From: Phoronis australis
Lineage: Eukaryota > Animalia > Phoronida
Assembly: GCA_002633005.1 (NCBI GenBank)
Contig: NMRA01000404.1
Span: forward strand, 20,384 to 84,383
DNA: 64,000 nt
Direction of reading: 5' to 3'
Every line of letters begins with the position of its first letter. Position 1 is the stretch's first letter. The notes under the pieces are model-generated. The model saw nothing but the letters and a program-made list of their open reading frames with translations. It ran no database searches and was not told the origin of the DNA. Positions 1-12,370 of the stretch are shown here, one piece after another. A program made the translations under genes and the position numbers.

Positions 1-349
1 AGAATTTATGTTGAGGGTGTGTGTCAGGTTTGGCGGGTAGTTTGAGGAAATTGTTGACAACAATTGCCAGGAAACTTATTTACTTGTGTTTTTGAATGAG
101 AAAAGCCAAGTGTTTACCTACTTTTGATGCAAACTGGTGGCTGTCATTTGCTATCAAACCCTGTCGTATGCTGTCCAAGAAACCAGGTGCGATTTCAGCT
201 GGCTGTCAGACAGATCAAATCTGCTAAAAAAAGTAGCTGGTAAGAGGCTTACTATGACCACATAGCTAGAATCTAGTGAGGACGAGCATTCTGAATCTTT
301 AGTCAGACTTTTTCTAGCACTTGCATGGAAGTGGTTATTTCGGGGAGAA

Positions 350-1458
350 AATTGTCAAATTTGGCGTTTTTTGCAAATAGTTTTGTGTTCCGGGATTTTC
401 TAGCCATGTATATTACCTGCCATAATCGGATCCAAGATGGCGGATGTGGCGGCCATTTTGTTTTCATTTAAAGGTTCAAATGCTACTGGAGGCTACAATT
501 TATTACGTACAAGGCTAAGAATCGGCACAGTAAGTGGACTGGAAGTGTGCTACTAGTATACCGGAAATTGTTCACTTCCGGTTAAAGATGGCAGAAATCG
601 CGCATGCGCACCTCGATTTCGGGAAAAAACGTTTCTCCTGTAGGGGGCGCATTATAGGGCCAATACCTTAGAATTTTTGCAGATGTTAGTCTCTTATGAC
701 ACGCTATTATATAAATCCAAAAAAACAGAAGTTGCTCTCAAGATGGCGGATCCGGCACATGTTGACCCATTTTCAGTCGTGCTGAGGTGCCATTTAAGTG
801 GGAGGAGGAAATGATGTGAATTTTTGCATATGGATTTGCTGAGGTATACGCTTTCAAATGTACTGTAACAATTTTTCTCTCAGACTTCCCGTTTTCGAGT
901 TATTTGATTTTGAATTTCTTAAAAAAACGCATAATTTCATTTTTTTCGAAAAATATATGGAATTGTGTGATACTATCAATTTAGATAGACTTTTGAATGA
1001 GCTTTCAGAAGATGTTTTTTTTCCATTTTTCGCTAGGACGTTTACTGTTTGAGTTATCTGAGATTTTCTGATAACGCTGTTCCTTTGTTGAGCGCTCTTG
1101 CTGCATTGTTGTTGGTTTATCTTCTATTGAACTAGACTGTAGCCTATTTCTTATTGATTTATGACATCTAAGATCGTCGTATGAATGCTATGATGTTGTT
1201 CATCATCGCCACCACCGTCATCATATTCGTCATCTTCGTCATCATCTCCGACGTCATCTTTTCTTCAGTTAATTTCGTCAAGTGTCGCTCAAGACTGTAG
1301 CCTATTTCTTAGTGATTTCTAACCTCTACATTCGTCATATGAATGATATCATAATTTGCATTGTCCATAGCTGTCGTCGTCTTTTCTGGTCATCTCTAAC
1401 GTGGTTTTTTGGTTAATTTCTCCAAGTTTTGGTCCTCGGAGCGCTTTCATTTACTTGT
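350..1458 (+). mobile_element. Interspersed repeat family A, copy 1 (probable non-autonomous DNA or Helentron-type element)
   Basis: Aligns by eye with 25218-26127 and 42520-43330 (shared caagatggc..ggccattttgttttca, tcctgtag.g.g.gca, atcgtgctg...tgcca, atactctttcaaatg, ctgtttttgagtt). Ends are approximate and the class is inferred. Confidence 0.65.
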
Positions 1459-1746
1459 TCATACCAACACTTCTGAATGACTAAAGAAAATTCATGTTTT
1501 AATACAATACAATACACCATGCATGACAAATGTCGCCATTTTACATTTACCAATATAATGAAAACATCCAGGTATACGAGCGTAAAAACAGTAAAAAGCT
1601 ACATCGCCGTGAAAATTTTTACAACAGTCTCTTAGCTTTCTCAGTTTCTTTTGACTGAACATTATCCTTCATGCTCATTTATGAGTCTTGGTGGGGTTTG
1701 ATTGATTATGGCATTTCTGAAGTTCTTGTTTGTGTATTCTCCGTAG

Positions 1747-1803
1747 CCCAGGACATAACATCCAAAAGAACCTACCTCAGATATTCAGTCGTGATTGTGT
1801 ATG
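1747..1803 (+). other. Candidate 57-bp exon
   Basis: Acceptor ttgtttgtgtattctccgtAG and donor ATG|GTAAGT. Two of three frames are open. No recognisable protein. Confidence 0.3.
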
Positions 1804-1991
1804 GTAAGTAGAATAATTTTCTGATTATTTCAAATTTTGACCCACATAATTGATTAGAAAAAGTTGAAAAAGTAATTTTGTAAACTTGCCTCAAATCCCA
1901 CTCGTAAATAAAAAATTTGCAATTTTTCTTGTGTTGGAGAGTTTATTTGTCTCCATTTCCGCAGGGCGACCGAGAATACAATTTTTCTTAG

Positions 1992-2039
1992 GTGACGGTG
2001 ATATTATTTGGTTGAGGAATCCAATCACCAGAACATCTG
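1992..2039 (+). other. Candidate 48-bp exon
   Basis: Acceptor atttttcttAG and weak donor TG|GTACAA. Phase-compatible with 1747-1803 (…YSVVIVY-G-DGDIIWLRNPITRTS). Confidence 0.22.
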
Positions 2040-2120
2040 GTACAAATATGTGGTTTCTAAATCAAATTCTATGTACCATCAACCATTAAAAAACACAGTT
2101 CAAAACACTAGTACTGCTTT

Positions 2121-4269
2121 CAGGGCTCGACGCTATTAAAATTACCAGGTCGCATTTTGCGACGTAGCCAAAATCTCAGGTTGCATTTTCAAAATCCAGC
2201 TCTCATTCGTAAATGCCAGGTCGCAAAATTTTCCCGCCATTTTTACGCGCCAAAATAGATTTTTTAGATCATCGAGAAAATATTTAAATTATGTTCTTAC
2301 CTGCAGCGTTAAATACTCACAAATTTTGGATCTCAAAATTGACTTCATTCATGCAGGTAAGGCCTTACTGTTCTTCACAACTGCCATTGAAAGTCTCTAG
2401 AGCGCAAGGCAAGTTCCCGACATGAAAATTGAATCAGTGCTCTCTAACTGACTTGTGCATTTGAGTAGCTAAATTTGCTATGTGAAAAGGGAGAAAATGC
2501 CCGTTGAAAAAGTATCCGGGATTTTGTTAGATCTGGCCTGCTACTGGCTGTCATCAAAGTCGTTAACGATTCAAACTAACTCGGGTAATGGCGAGATTGC
2601 TTCTCAATACCTTCCAAGTACGGAAAAAATAGGTCAGTCACAAAACGACACGCATGTCACTAGTGTTAACTTTCTTTCCGTGGTATAAAACAAAGCCGGG
2701 ATTTGGTTTTTACATGTTGTGAAAAGACGTTTTTGAAAACTGAAGTTGTGTAAAATGAAAGTGACACACCATATAAGCTGCGTGTCAATTTTAAACCACA
2801 TGCGGTCGTTTGTAGTGCGCTATGATGGGCGCTAGCTTGAACTGTGGGTGCTTAATTGGAAATTCTCAACATTTAAAGGGGGACTTTTAATAGATCAGTG
2901 AGCGCTTATTATGAAACACTTTAATGGTAGGGAGTAGGCTTGTGCGTGAGCATAGTCGTTGACCTCAGTGTTTGCGGTAATAAGATATTAAACTCTACAA
3001 TGGTAAGAAACGTTATAATAATACGATTTTGCGAGGCAAACTCCATCTAGTAGGGGTGACTTTCTGGATATCGTTACCACCTACATTGTACCCTTTTTAG
3101 CCACCCGGAATGATTTTGTGTTTAACTGCCCGCTTCAGCCGGAACAAGGTTGTTTCTATACTACGGTGGTTTGGGGAGCGAAAAGTTGCCGAGGGGGGGA
3201 GGGGGTATAAAGAGAAGAATGAAAAGTTCGCTAACTTGAACCACAATTTCGCATCTAGTGCCAGTTTAGTTGCAATAACTGGCTANAGAACATCGACCTC
3301 GGGAATCATCGGAACAGGAAAACGTCAGTTCTTGTTTATATGGGTCCCGGGACATCGGGTCTTTTATAACCGCTGGGAATCTGAGTTCATTTTCAAATAA
3401 ACCAGAGCCAAGCCGGTATTCTCTTTCATTTAGGACTGTCGTTGTTCTTTGAAGTGGTGCGCACGCGCGAGTTCACGCACTTGAATCGCTGGAGATGGCC
3501 TACGCTTTACGTTGGCAACAACGTGTGAAAGACCAATCATATTTCGCGCACGTAGCCCCAGAAACATGTAAAGGGTTTGAGAATTTCTTGGCAACTGAAA
3601 GTAAAGACGTGACTGTCGTTTGGCGATTAATGAGGTTGTCATTTTTACTTTGGCTGTCTTAATACGATAAAAAGGAGAACCACATCTCGGTCTAAGTCAC
3701 GATTTTCTGCCGGGATTGCTTGCGTGCTAACGGTGCCGCAGTGCAATATCAGGGATATTGTCGTGGATATTTGGTACATGTAATAAGGACATCTTATGTG
3801 AAAAATAAACATTTTTGTCCACCACAAAGTTTAGTAAGTTGATCGCTTAAGAATTAGTAGAAACACCATTGTTTTGTGAAATTTATCATGTGTTGAGCAG
3901 TTGCCCGAAACTGTTTTCGGCGAATCCAGGAATTTACAAAAGTGGCTGAAAGTGTGAGCCAATGAAACGCGTCAAAGATCGATTCTGCATATCCCATGTT
4001 CACGCGACTTGCTTACAAGTCATCGGAAGGGCTGTTCTCTGTTAGTGTTCTTTTGAACTTGGATTTGGCAACAACCAAATAACGGTCGGATTAACAAGAG
4101 CTGCTTTGTATTTGCCAGGTTTCTGTTGAGAAGTGTAAAAACTCAGCTCGCATTCTTTGGAAATTCCAGGTCGCATTTTGCGACTTGATACGAGCTGACA
4201 AAAATCTCAGCTCGCATTTCCAAATTTCAGGTCTCAAATGCGACCTGCAGCTCGTTATGTCGAGCCCTG
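2121..4269. mobile_element. Non-autonomous TIR DNA transposon, hAT-like
   Basis: 11-bp TIR CAGGGCTCGAC (2121-2131) / GTCGAGCCCTG (4259-4269). Subterminal caggtcgca…tgcgac repeats at both ends. No transposase ORF and no clear 8-bp TSD. Confidence 0.75.
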
Positions 4270-6028
4270 GGTTTTCTTTTTCAGCCATGGCTGTAAGAGA
4301 AGGAACGCATACAAATTTAGTGTTTTGCATAACATTGAATATCATTCTGTAAGTCTGCCTGAAAATTGTGTTTGACAAAAACGAGAAATACAATTGTTAA
4401 GATCCTGAAATAACATTAAATTTCAATGAAATGTACGATTCAATTAAATGCCATGTGTATTAAAAACATGCAATGCAAAACTGAAACAAAATATTGATGG
4501 ATTTCTGACTATTTTCAACTATATTAAGGATTACTCTTGCCATAATTAACATTTTTTCGTACTTAAAAATGTGTAAATGTCGTAAGTACTGGTGCTTAAA
4601 ACCAAGATCATCATACAAATATTTGCAAGAGGTGAAGGAATTCTGTCTAGATTTGTACCCTGAGTGAAAAAATGCCAGTTAAATTTAACAAAACAAAAAT
4701 GTATATTGATAGCAAATGAAGGGATCAATATTGTGATCAAATTTAATTTGATATAACTTTTGAAGATGAAATCTCAAAAATTTTGTTTTCTAAAATATTT
4801 TATTATGCAACTTCGGATTTTTGTCATGAAAATCAAAAGTGCTATATTTTGGTAGCTGTACATGCGAAAGTGAAACATTTTATTGGAGCGCACTGTATCA
4901 AGTATAATTTGGGGAGGTTTTGTAGTTGTCTGTGAAAGACTTATCTTCATTTATTGGGTATTTTACCGGTAGTTGAGCTTCCTATGGGTAAACAGCCGTT
5001 AGGTACGTAGCTCAATTTGCTCTGAGTTCATAGCTGTTGGGTATATAGCTGAGCTTGCTGTGGAAATGATAAAAGTGATACATAAACTGGTACATAACCT
5101 GATATTTGTCTGTTGATATCCTTATGACATAGGAGCAGCTTACAAATGAGGAGAGTCTCTGAATAATCCAAGCCTAGTGAGAAGGTATAACCAAGTCAGC
5201 ATGGTGAAGAAGGATAGCGAGATGGGTGGCCCAGGAATCATTCAGAGGTGGAGCGATCCTGTGACGCCTTGAACTATGTGCTGTAAGTTATTATTAATAG
5301 TTGAACTGGAAAGCACTTTTCAGTGAGTGAAAGAAGATTTTTATTCCAGTATTGTTCGATCACGACTCCACTAATGACATAGTCATGCCATAAACTTTCC
5401 CACTAAATAAGATTGACCCAAACCCCGCCGATCAGGGAAAACAGTGGGGTTTGGCCGATTGAACTAGACCGTAGTTATCCACCTTGGCTCACGGTCAAAG
5501 GGATCCCACCTAGCTGCTCTATTCATCGAGTCAGGAGCGAGGATAATTGGCTTCGCTCATGCGGATACGATCAGCTGATTACAATCTAGCCTAGATGACC
5601 GTACTTTTTATGGAGGGTGTTTTACATAGTTTTGAGTGTAATATTTGAAAAGAGGAGGGAAAAAAATGTTGGTACATCTTTGAATTTTTCAAATGGGCCC
5701 ACAATAAGAGATTTAGTAACAGCAACACTCACGATTACTTTCATTCGGCACGCACGAATACAAAAATATAGGAACCAAGTTAGGATAATATAGAACTACT
5801 CTGTATGTTATTTAGATTTTGGAGCACATGGGTTGCAATATTCAAAATATGTTTATTATAGCTCTTACAAGCTGTAAAACGACGTTTAATCTCATTGTGC
5901 TCATTCCATTGTCATCTGTCAAATCGGAAATTTCCGAGATGTGATCTGTGCGCGTATGTATACAAAACACGTGATGTTATGTTCCTGAAGTATGAACATT
6001 TTGTAACAAAGTCTGTTGTCGATAACCT

Positions 6029-6152
6029 GCATGCACTTGCTCACTCTTTCTCATACGCAGACGAACTTCGAAATAAACGTCACAACAACATGTGTGTTCA
6101 TCTAGAGATTTTCTCGTGTTGCGGGGTATGATGTGGCGCAGATTTGGACTTA
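6029..6152 (+). repeat. Internal fragment of the Tc2-like MITE family
   Basis: Matches 18765-18895 and 38340-38470 (tacgcagacgaacttc…tgtgttc.tc.agagattttctc…gcgcagatttggactta). Confidence 0.7.
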
Positions 6153-8540
6153 GTTGCATGTCATGCATACAATGCAGTGAAAACTAAATGAGGCTAATAA
6201 TATATTCATATTTGCATCGTTCTCAGTCTATGACAATATACGATAACTGAGGGATCAAAGTGGAATGTACAAACAGAGAAATCACTACCAAATCATGAAA
6301 CACAACCAAAGAAAATGTGATTACATAGCCAGGAAGGACTAAACAAAAGTCTACGTTTCAACAGCACAGACTTGTTTAACTAAAATTACAGCAATGACAC
6401 CAAGAATAACAAATCACTTAATATGCAAAATCCAAGAATATCCGCAGAGACAAGAGCATAACATAAAACGTAACGGGTAATTAAAAGTTTATCGACAATG
6501 GCCACAGATCTGATTTTGGGAAGTACAATCCTTATGCTAGAAATAGTGCCTACAATCACCTATCATGGTTTTTAACCTTAAAAATATCAATTTTAAAGTC
6601 AAAGTTTTGTTTTGTTGACAATCATAATAACAGTAAATCCAATACACTCCATGGTGCGAATAAGTTTCACTAAAGTAACCCTGGTTATACGAGATGGAAA
6701 TTAGAAAACTTAGACCTTTGACCACAAAAACATTCGTTTTCCTTTAATTTAAAGCTACAAACTGAACTTCATACACATATCTACAGGGCCTTTCATACTA
6801 ACATCGACGCATCAATGCTTTTGGGAGTTACTGTCAGTATGAACGCTTAAACTTTGGTCCTGGATGGAAGTTAACAGCTCCAGTTAATTTTGCACTAAGC
6901 AGGTGGATTTATGTGCTTAGCGTCAACACTGCGGTGCAGTATCAACGATCAACTTCGGTCCTATCGAAGTTTTTGCCAGGGGCCACTGTTGTCATTAACA
7001 ATTGCATAGTAGTGCAATGGCTAATAGTTGCTTATACCTTGCTCTAATAATCACCAATTGATTTAAAAATAAGTTTTATGTCAATTAACACATGAAAATC
7101 TTCCCAAATTGTCACATCTTAGCGTGCAGTACTACCTTGCGAGTAACCTTCGATCACGACACCTACTGTTTATTTCGAAGTTTATTAAATGCCGAAGCCA
7201 GAATGAACGATCCAGTTAACTTCGCAGTATACGTCAACGCTCCACTCAAACAAGAGTTAAGTCAATGTGAAAGGGCCCTATGCTAGACCACAAGCCACTT
7301 AATCGTCTTTAGCTGGATCTGCTCGCTTAGCTTCACAGGCAAATAATCCATGTTTTGTGACTACAAACGCGCATTTCTGAGCTCAGATAACTGAATGCAT
7401 AGGTTCATGAGCTGCAGTTCATAAGTGCATACGTTGTGTTGTCTGGGTAGCCTTCCTTATCCAACAATTGTTGAAGACCCACTCTGCAATAAAGACAACA
7501 AATTTTAGTAACAGACGGGTAAAAGCTATCAGTATAAGACAACTCAACTTGCTGGATAATAATTGTGCTGGTTATACAACACTGATTTGTAAAACTTACT
7601 GACTTGTATACAGAGCCTAGAAAATAGTCTTCAAACTCAAAATTTAACCAATCACTCTCTGAGGATTCAAGCGCATGACTAGTCTGCAAGTTTACTCCAA
7701 GCATGCACTGCAGTGGGTCAGTTTTCCACTTACTATTTTCAATGAAGTTTTAATCCTGTATTCACGACATTCAAAACAATTTTATTCTACACAACTTGAA
7801 TACAAAACATATACACATGGTCACCTACCATGCTATCACAATCTAGAACAAACCGTGCTGCATATGGCAAAACTTAATGTGTTAATAAAATTTGGACTTG
7901 ATGAAACCATTGGCAACTGCAATAAACTACAATTCCCATTATCTTTATGAACTTTTCATCGTTTAATTCGTTAATCTGATAAGACAATGCACAACTCTAC
8001 ATAATGAGCAGAGCTAGTTGTATTCTAACTGGCTGTCTCCAGCATAGAATTGAAATGTCTTCTTACTAATGTTTCATGGACATTCAACAGGCACAACCAG
8101 GGTTAGAACTGAAAGTTTAATCTCACATTGTATACTTCCGCGTGTACTTTTCGAAACTTATAGCAAAACCAAGAAGCTTTACATTGACTTCACCAAATGA
8201 CTACAAGAATCAGTGAGTTTGTTAAAGATTATAAGCCCATTGGCTAAATCTAGGACATATTTCATATTGTTTCAAATTCAAACCCTGATAGCAGATTAAC
8301 TCAACAATGAAACATATGAAGCTTTACCTGCCATGTGGATGTACACAGCCCAATACCACCCCTGGATGATTGTTTCGATGCAAATGTTTGGATGTCTAGT
8401 TCTTTGAAGTACTCCGCCAAGTTATAGAGACCTGAAAACAAAGATATTAGCAAACACAACAGTATGTGATAGCTTCTTAAGAATACACACATAACCCATT
8501 TAAATACAGGGAATGTTATAAATGTAAAGGTCCAGGGCGG

Positions 8541-8704
8541 TCAGGCGGATCCAGGATTTTGAGTTGGGGGGTTAGGATGGAGTATTAGATAGGGTTTTGC
8601 CCATCAGACATTCACCCCCTCCCCCCAACTGCCAAATAGAATCTTGTAGCATTTTAGGGTAGCCGGGGCCATGGCCCCTTAGCCGCCCTCTGAATCCACC
8701 ATTG
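8541..8704. mobile_element. Short degenerate MITE-like element
   Basis: Imperfect inverted ends ggcggatccagg … ctgaatccacc around a G/C-run interior, a common small-MITE layout. Confidence 0.4.
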
Positions 8705-9523
8705 AAGATACTGACATGGTCTTCTCGAGGGTCTTACATAAACATAATAGATTACAGTAAAAATAAAATTATTACCTCATGTACAGTAAACATAAAAATA
8801 CTATATCCTGTACTCCTACCAATCACTTTACTGGCTAACATTTGCAAAGATATTAAATTGAGGTTCCAAGCATGTTCTTGGAAAAGAATTTGCTCCAACA
8901 GACATGGGGAGATCATTCTAGTCAGTCCATATTCAACTCAACTCCTAGTTAAAATTGTACCCAGATTAACTATCACTTTCACCATGACACTGAAATATTT
9001 GATTTCAATAAAACCAGTCGAACTTGCATTGAATGTGAAAATTTTAAGTCTGAATATCGCAAACTTTTGCGACATTCTAGTATTCCACAACCCGGTAAAT
9101 ATTCGAAATCACATACTCAATCCCAAATCAAATCACGCAGATTTTCCTTATTTGCGTTGAATTATTTGGTTCAATTAGATAGGAATTATGCAAGTTTCAC
9201 TGTGCATAACAATAGTTAACATGTTGACTGGTGAGTGTTCACTTGGGTACATTGTGACCTATGCCGGGGGTATTCCAGATAGGGTACTAGTAGCGGGACC
9301 GGGATGTCCTTTCGCATTCAATAATCTAGATCCTCCCGGCAAACCTGAGCAAATCAGTCAAAATAGGCAATACAATAGTTACATTGGGGATTTTTAATTT
9401 TGAGAACCAGGCACATGCGTGTACCCAGGGAGGCTCGAACGATCATCCCCCCACTTGCCGAAGTGGGCATGAAAGGTCAGCCTCATAGAAATAAAAAAAC
9501 TGAGAAAACAAGACAAAAGTCGT

Positions 9524-10292
9524 TAATTGTTTACAATATGACGACATTGACTTACACATATGATTTTGGTATCGTTCGATTCCTTGCAATGTTTCCAAAA
9601 ATACACAGGAAATTTTCCTACCCCGTTCCCTAAGTATTTTATCGTGAAATTTCTTCTCGTACTATTTCCCGGTACTCGGTAGTAATACCGCCATGTTGAA
9701 TGGAAGGAGTCCCCTGGCAGTCAAAAACTGAACTAATCTTCCGCGACTTCTGCAGATCGTCACTTTTCAGAAGTTCAAACTCACCAAGACCCGCCTATCC
9801 CCTGCTCCAGTTGCGGTCCCAAGTGTTCGAATTCGATCCTATGGTGACCCTTGTACGCATCTGCTAGCAAGAATCCGCGAAAAAAGCGAAGGTTGTTTTT
9901 GAGGTCCAAATTGGTGAAAAGGGTATCACATTAGACAATTTCGTAGAAAATGGTCAAAATGGTCACAATTATAAAAAAATTAGAAAAGGTGAAATGCTGC
10001 TACTTGTCCTCCATATTATGTCAGGAAAACTTTAGTGGGAATCTCGGCGCGGGCAAAAACCATTCAGAATCAATGATGCTGTTTCATTCATTAACAACAG
10101 GTGACGCTGTAATCTTGAGTTGAGCTAACATGGCGGTGTCGACCGGGAAATAGTGTGAACCGAAATTCGAGGATAAAATACGGAGCACACGCGGTAGGGG
10201 AAACATTCATTTTTTGGAAGAATATGTTGTGAGGAATCAGACGATACCAAAATCTTGTGTGTTGGTCAATGTCGTCATATTGTAAACAATTA
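9524..10292. repeat. Long imperfect inverted repeat (arms ~9524-9697 and ~10128-10292), probable MITE remnant
   Basis: taattgtttacaatatgacgacattgac…gattttggtatcgt…gtattttatc…actatttcccggt…accgccatgtt recurs as the reverse complement at 10128-10292. Confidence 0.75.
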
Positions 10293-11394
10293 CCCAAAAG
10301 TCCACTAAAAAGCTGTAATTCGGGTATACACAGTGCAGCTCTGAACATTACCCATTTTTTAATAAAAGGTCAACATGCCCAAAAATGTGAGCACCCCCCG
10401 ATATTTTAGGATGTGTGCATGGATGAGGCAAGTGAACCTTGCAAATTATTGACCTGTAATGATATGAGATTTCAAAATCAGGAACTTCCAAGAATTACTT
10501 CGATCACAGACATAAGCACACACAACCACGCCAATATACCCAACTTACGAAATGATTACACTTTGCCTTGGTAGTCCCCCCCTTGCATTGATGCTCACTG
10601 ATACGACCTCAGAACAGAGTCAGAAGGCAGAAATATGATAGAGTAATAGCCTTACGTGAACGTTATGGCTTTGTCATGGGCCTCCAGCAGTATATTACGC
10701 GTTAGAAGTTTAGATCATTCACACACAGATTACAGTCCATGTCAGTGTGACAGCGTGAGTGGCTGACAATAACCACTGAACTAACACGTTCGTTGGATAT
10801 CAATCACATCACCGATTGTGGCCAATCGATTTTAGAACACTCTCTGGCCCTAACCTGACTTCCAAAACTTCTGAAATGTCTTCTTTCCGACTCTGCACAT
10901 AGTAATATAAACTTCAATGTCGCGGGCTAGCCGACACACAACTTTTTCTTCGAAATTGACTGTCAGTTATAAAATTCAAACAGTTGACTTCTAGTGGAAA
11001 CTGCCTTACGAATACATACTCAACACAAAGGAAACTTGCACAATAACTATGCTTTTTTAAGAATTGCAGAAGTTCTATTGATTACATTGTAGTGATCAGG
11101 TAAGTGTCTCACGGGATGAACATTGGATGCATTCTTACTGCTGTTGGTCACCAGATGTTCATCTACATTTAAATTCACAATGATTACGTACTTGCACTAA
11201 ATCTGTACTGACCAGGTTAAACGCTCGTCGTTCTATGGTTTGTATATATATAAATGTTAAGGAAACATTCGGGCAACATTTTTATGAGATGATGGGTTTT
11301 GCATGAGAAAACAAGATTTTTTTGTTGGAAAATAAAGGGAAATTTTCAAACAAAAAATCAAATACATGTATCTCACAATATTCAAATTTTAAAA

Positions 11395-11955
11395 ACTTGA
11401 AAACGTAAATTTTCATCACACAGAAACCTTAGTTTTTTGAAAACTCAAGTTTTTCACACATGAAAAAACTCCAGTTTTCTGAAAAACTTAAGAAGTCATG
11501 AAAACTTAAGTTTCTGTTATTGGAAAAACTAAAGTTTGCGAAAAACTTATGAAGTCAGGAAAACTTAAGTTTTTAAAATTATAAAAACTTAAGTTTTGTG
11601 ATAAACTTAAGTTATCAGAAAAACTTAAGTTTTGTTAGTACAAAAAACTTAAGTTTTCACAAAAGCTTAAGTTATTACTTGAAACTTAAGTTTATTTGTG
11701 AAAACTGAAGTTTTACACCTGAAAAAACTTCAGTTTTCTGAAAAACTTAAGTTCTCGGAAAAACTTAACACTATGCCGAAAAACTTCAGTTTTTGACGAA
11801 AAACTTTTTAATAACTTCAGTTCTTCCGAAAAACTGAAGGTTTTAAAAGAAACTTACGTTTTTCCTCTAAAACTTAAGTTATTTTAAAAAAACTTAAGTT
11901 TTTTCGCCAAAAACTTAAGTTTTCAGCGAAGAACTGAAGTTCATTTTTATAAGGG
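11395..11955. repeat. Degenerate tandem array of ~20-bp units built on the palindrome AAAACTTAAGTTTT
   Basis: More than 20 variants of aaaactt(a/c)agtttt are visible. The array ends abruptly at …tttttataaggg (11955). Confidence 0.85.
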
Positions 11956-11989
11956 ATATCTCACAGACTTGGTTCACCACCAGGTGCGA

Positions 11990-12370
11990 CCTCTTTGGTT
12001 GTGGAATAAAAACAATAACAGATCTGTCAATACACCACCGGGAGATCAAGTCCAGGATCTCTGTTCAGACTTGGTTTGTGGAGATCTCAAAACCTTGCAC
12101 TTCCACTTATTTGGATGTAGACTTAATTCATTGAAATCCTCATCAGAGACCTGGTGATGTAGACCCCTGACATCTTGTTGAATAGCAGGGGGTCTGAGTT
12201 TGCAGTTGTGATGCTCCTTAACCGTGGTCCATAAGTGGCAACCTGTCTCACGAGTATAGTTGTCAGTACATTCACCACTCTTGTATTTGTAAAACAAACC
12301 ACACCTCTCCAGGGGGTTGACACATCTTTCACTGGTGGGAGGATGGACTGAATAGTGCTAAGCATCTTTG
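11990..12370 (-). pseudogene. Penelope-like element 3' remnant (GIY-YIG endonuclease)
   Basis: Minus-strand frames give TIQSILPPVKD…RGVV / YKYKSGECTDNYTRETGCHLWTTVKEH (cf. Y.C..C...YIGETGR.L.TR.KEH) and the terminal motif KPSLNRDPGLDLPVVY. Frameshifted. Confidence 0.85.
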
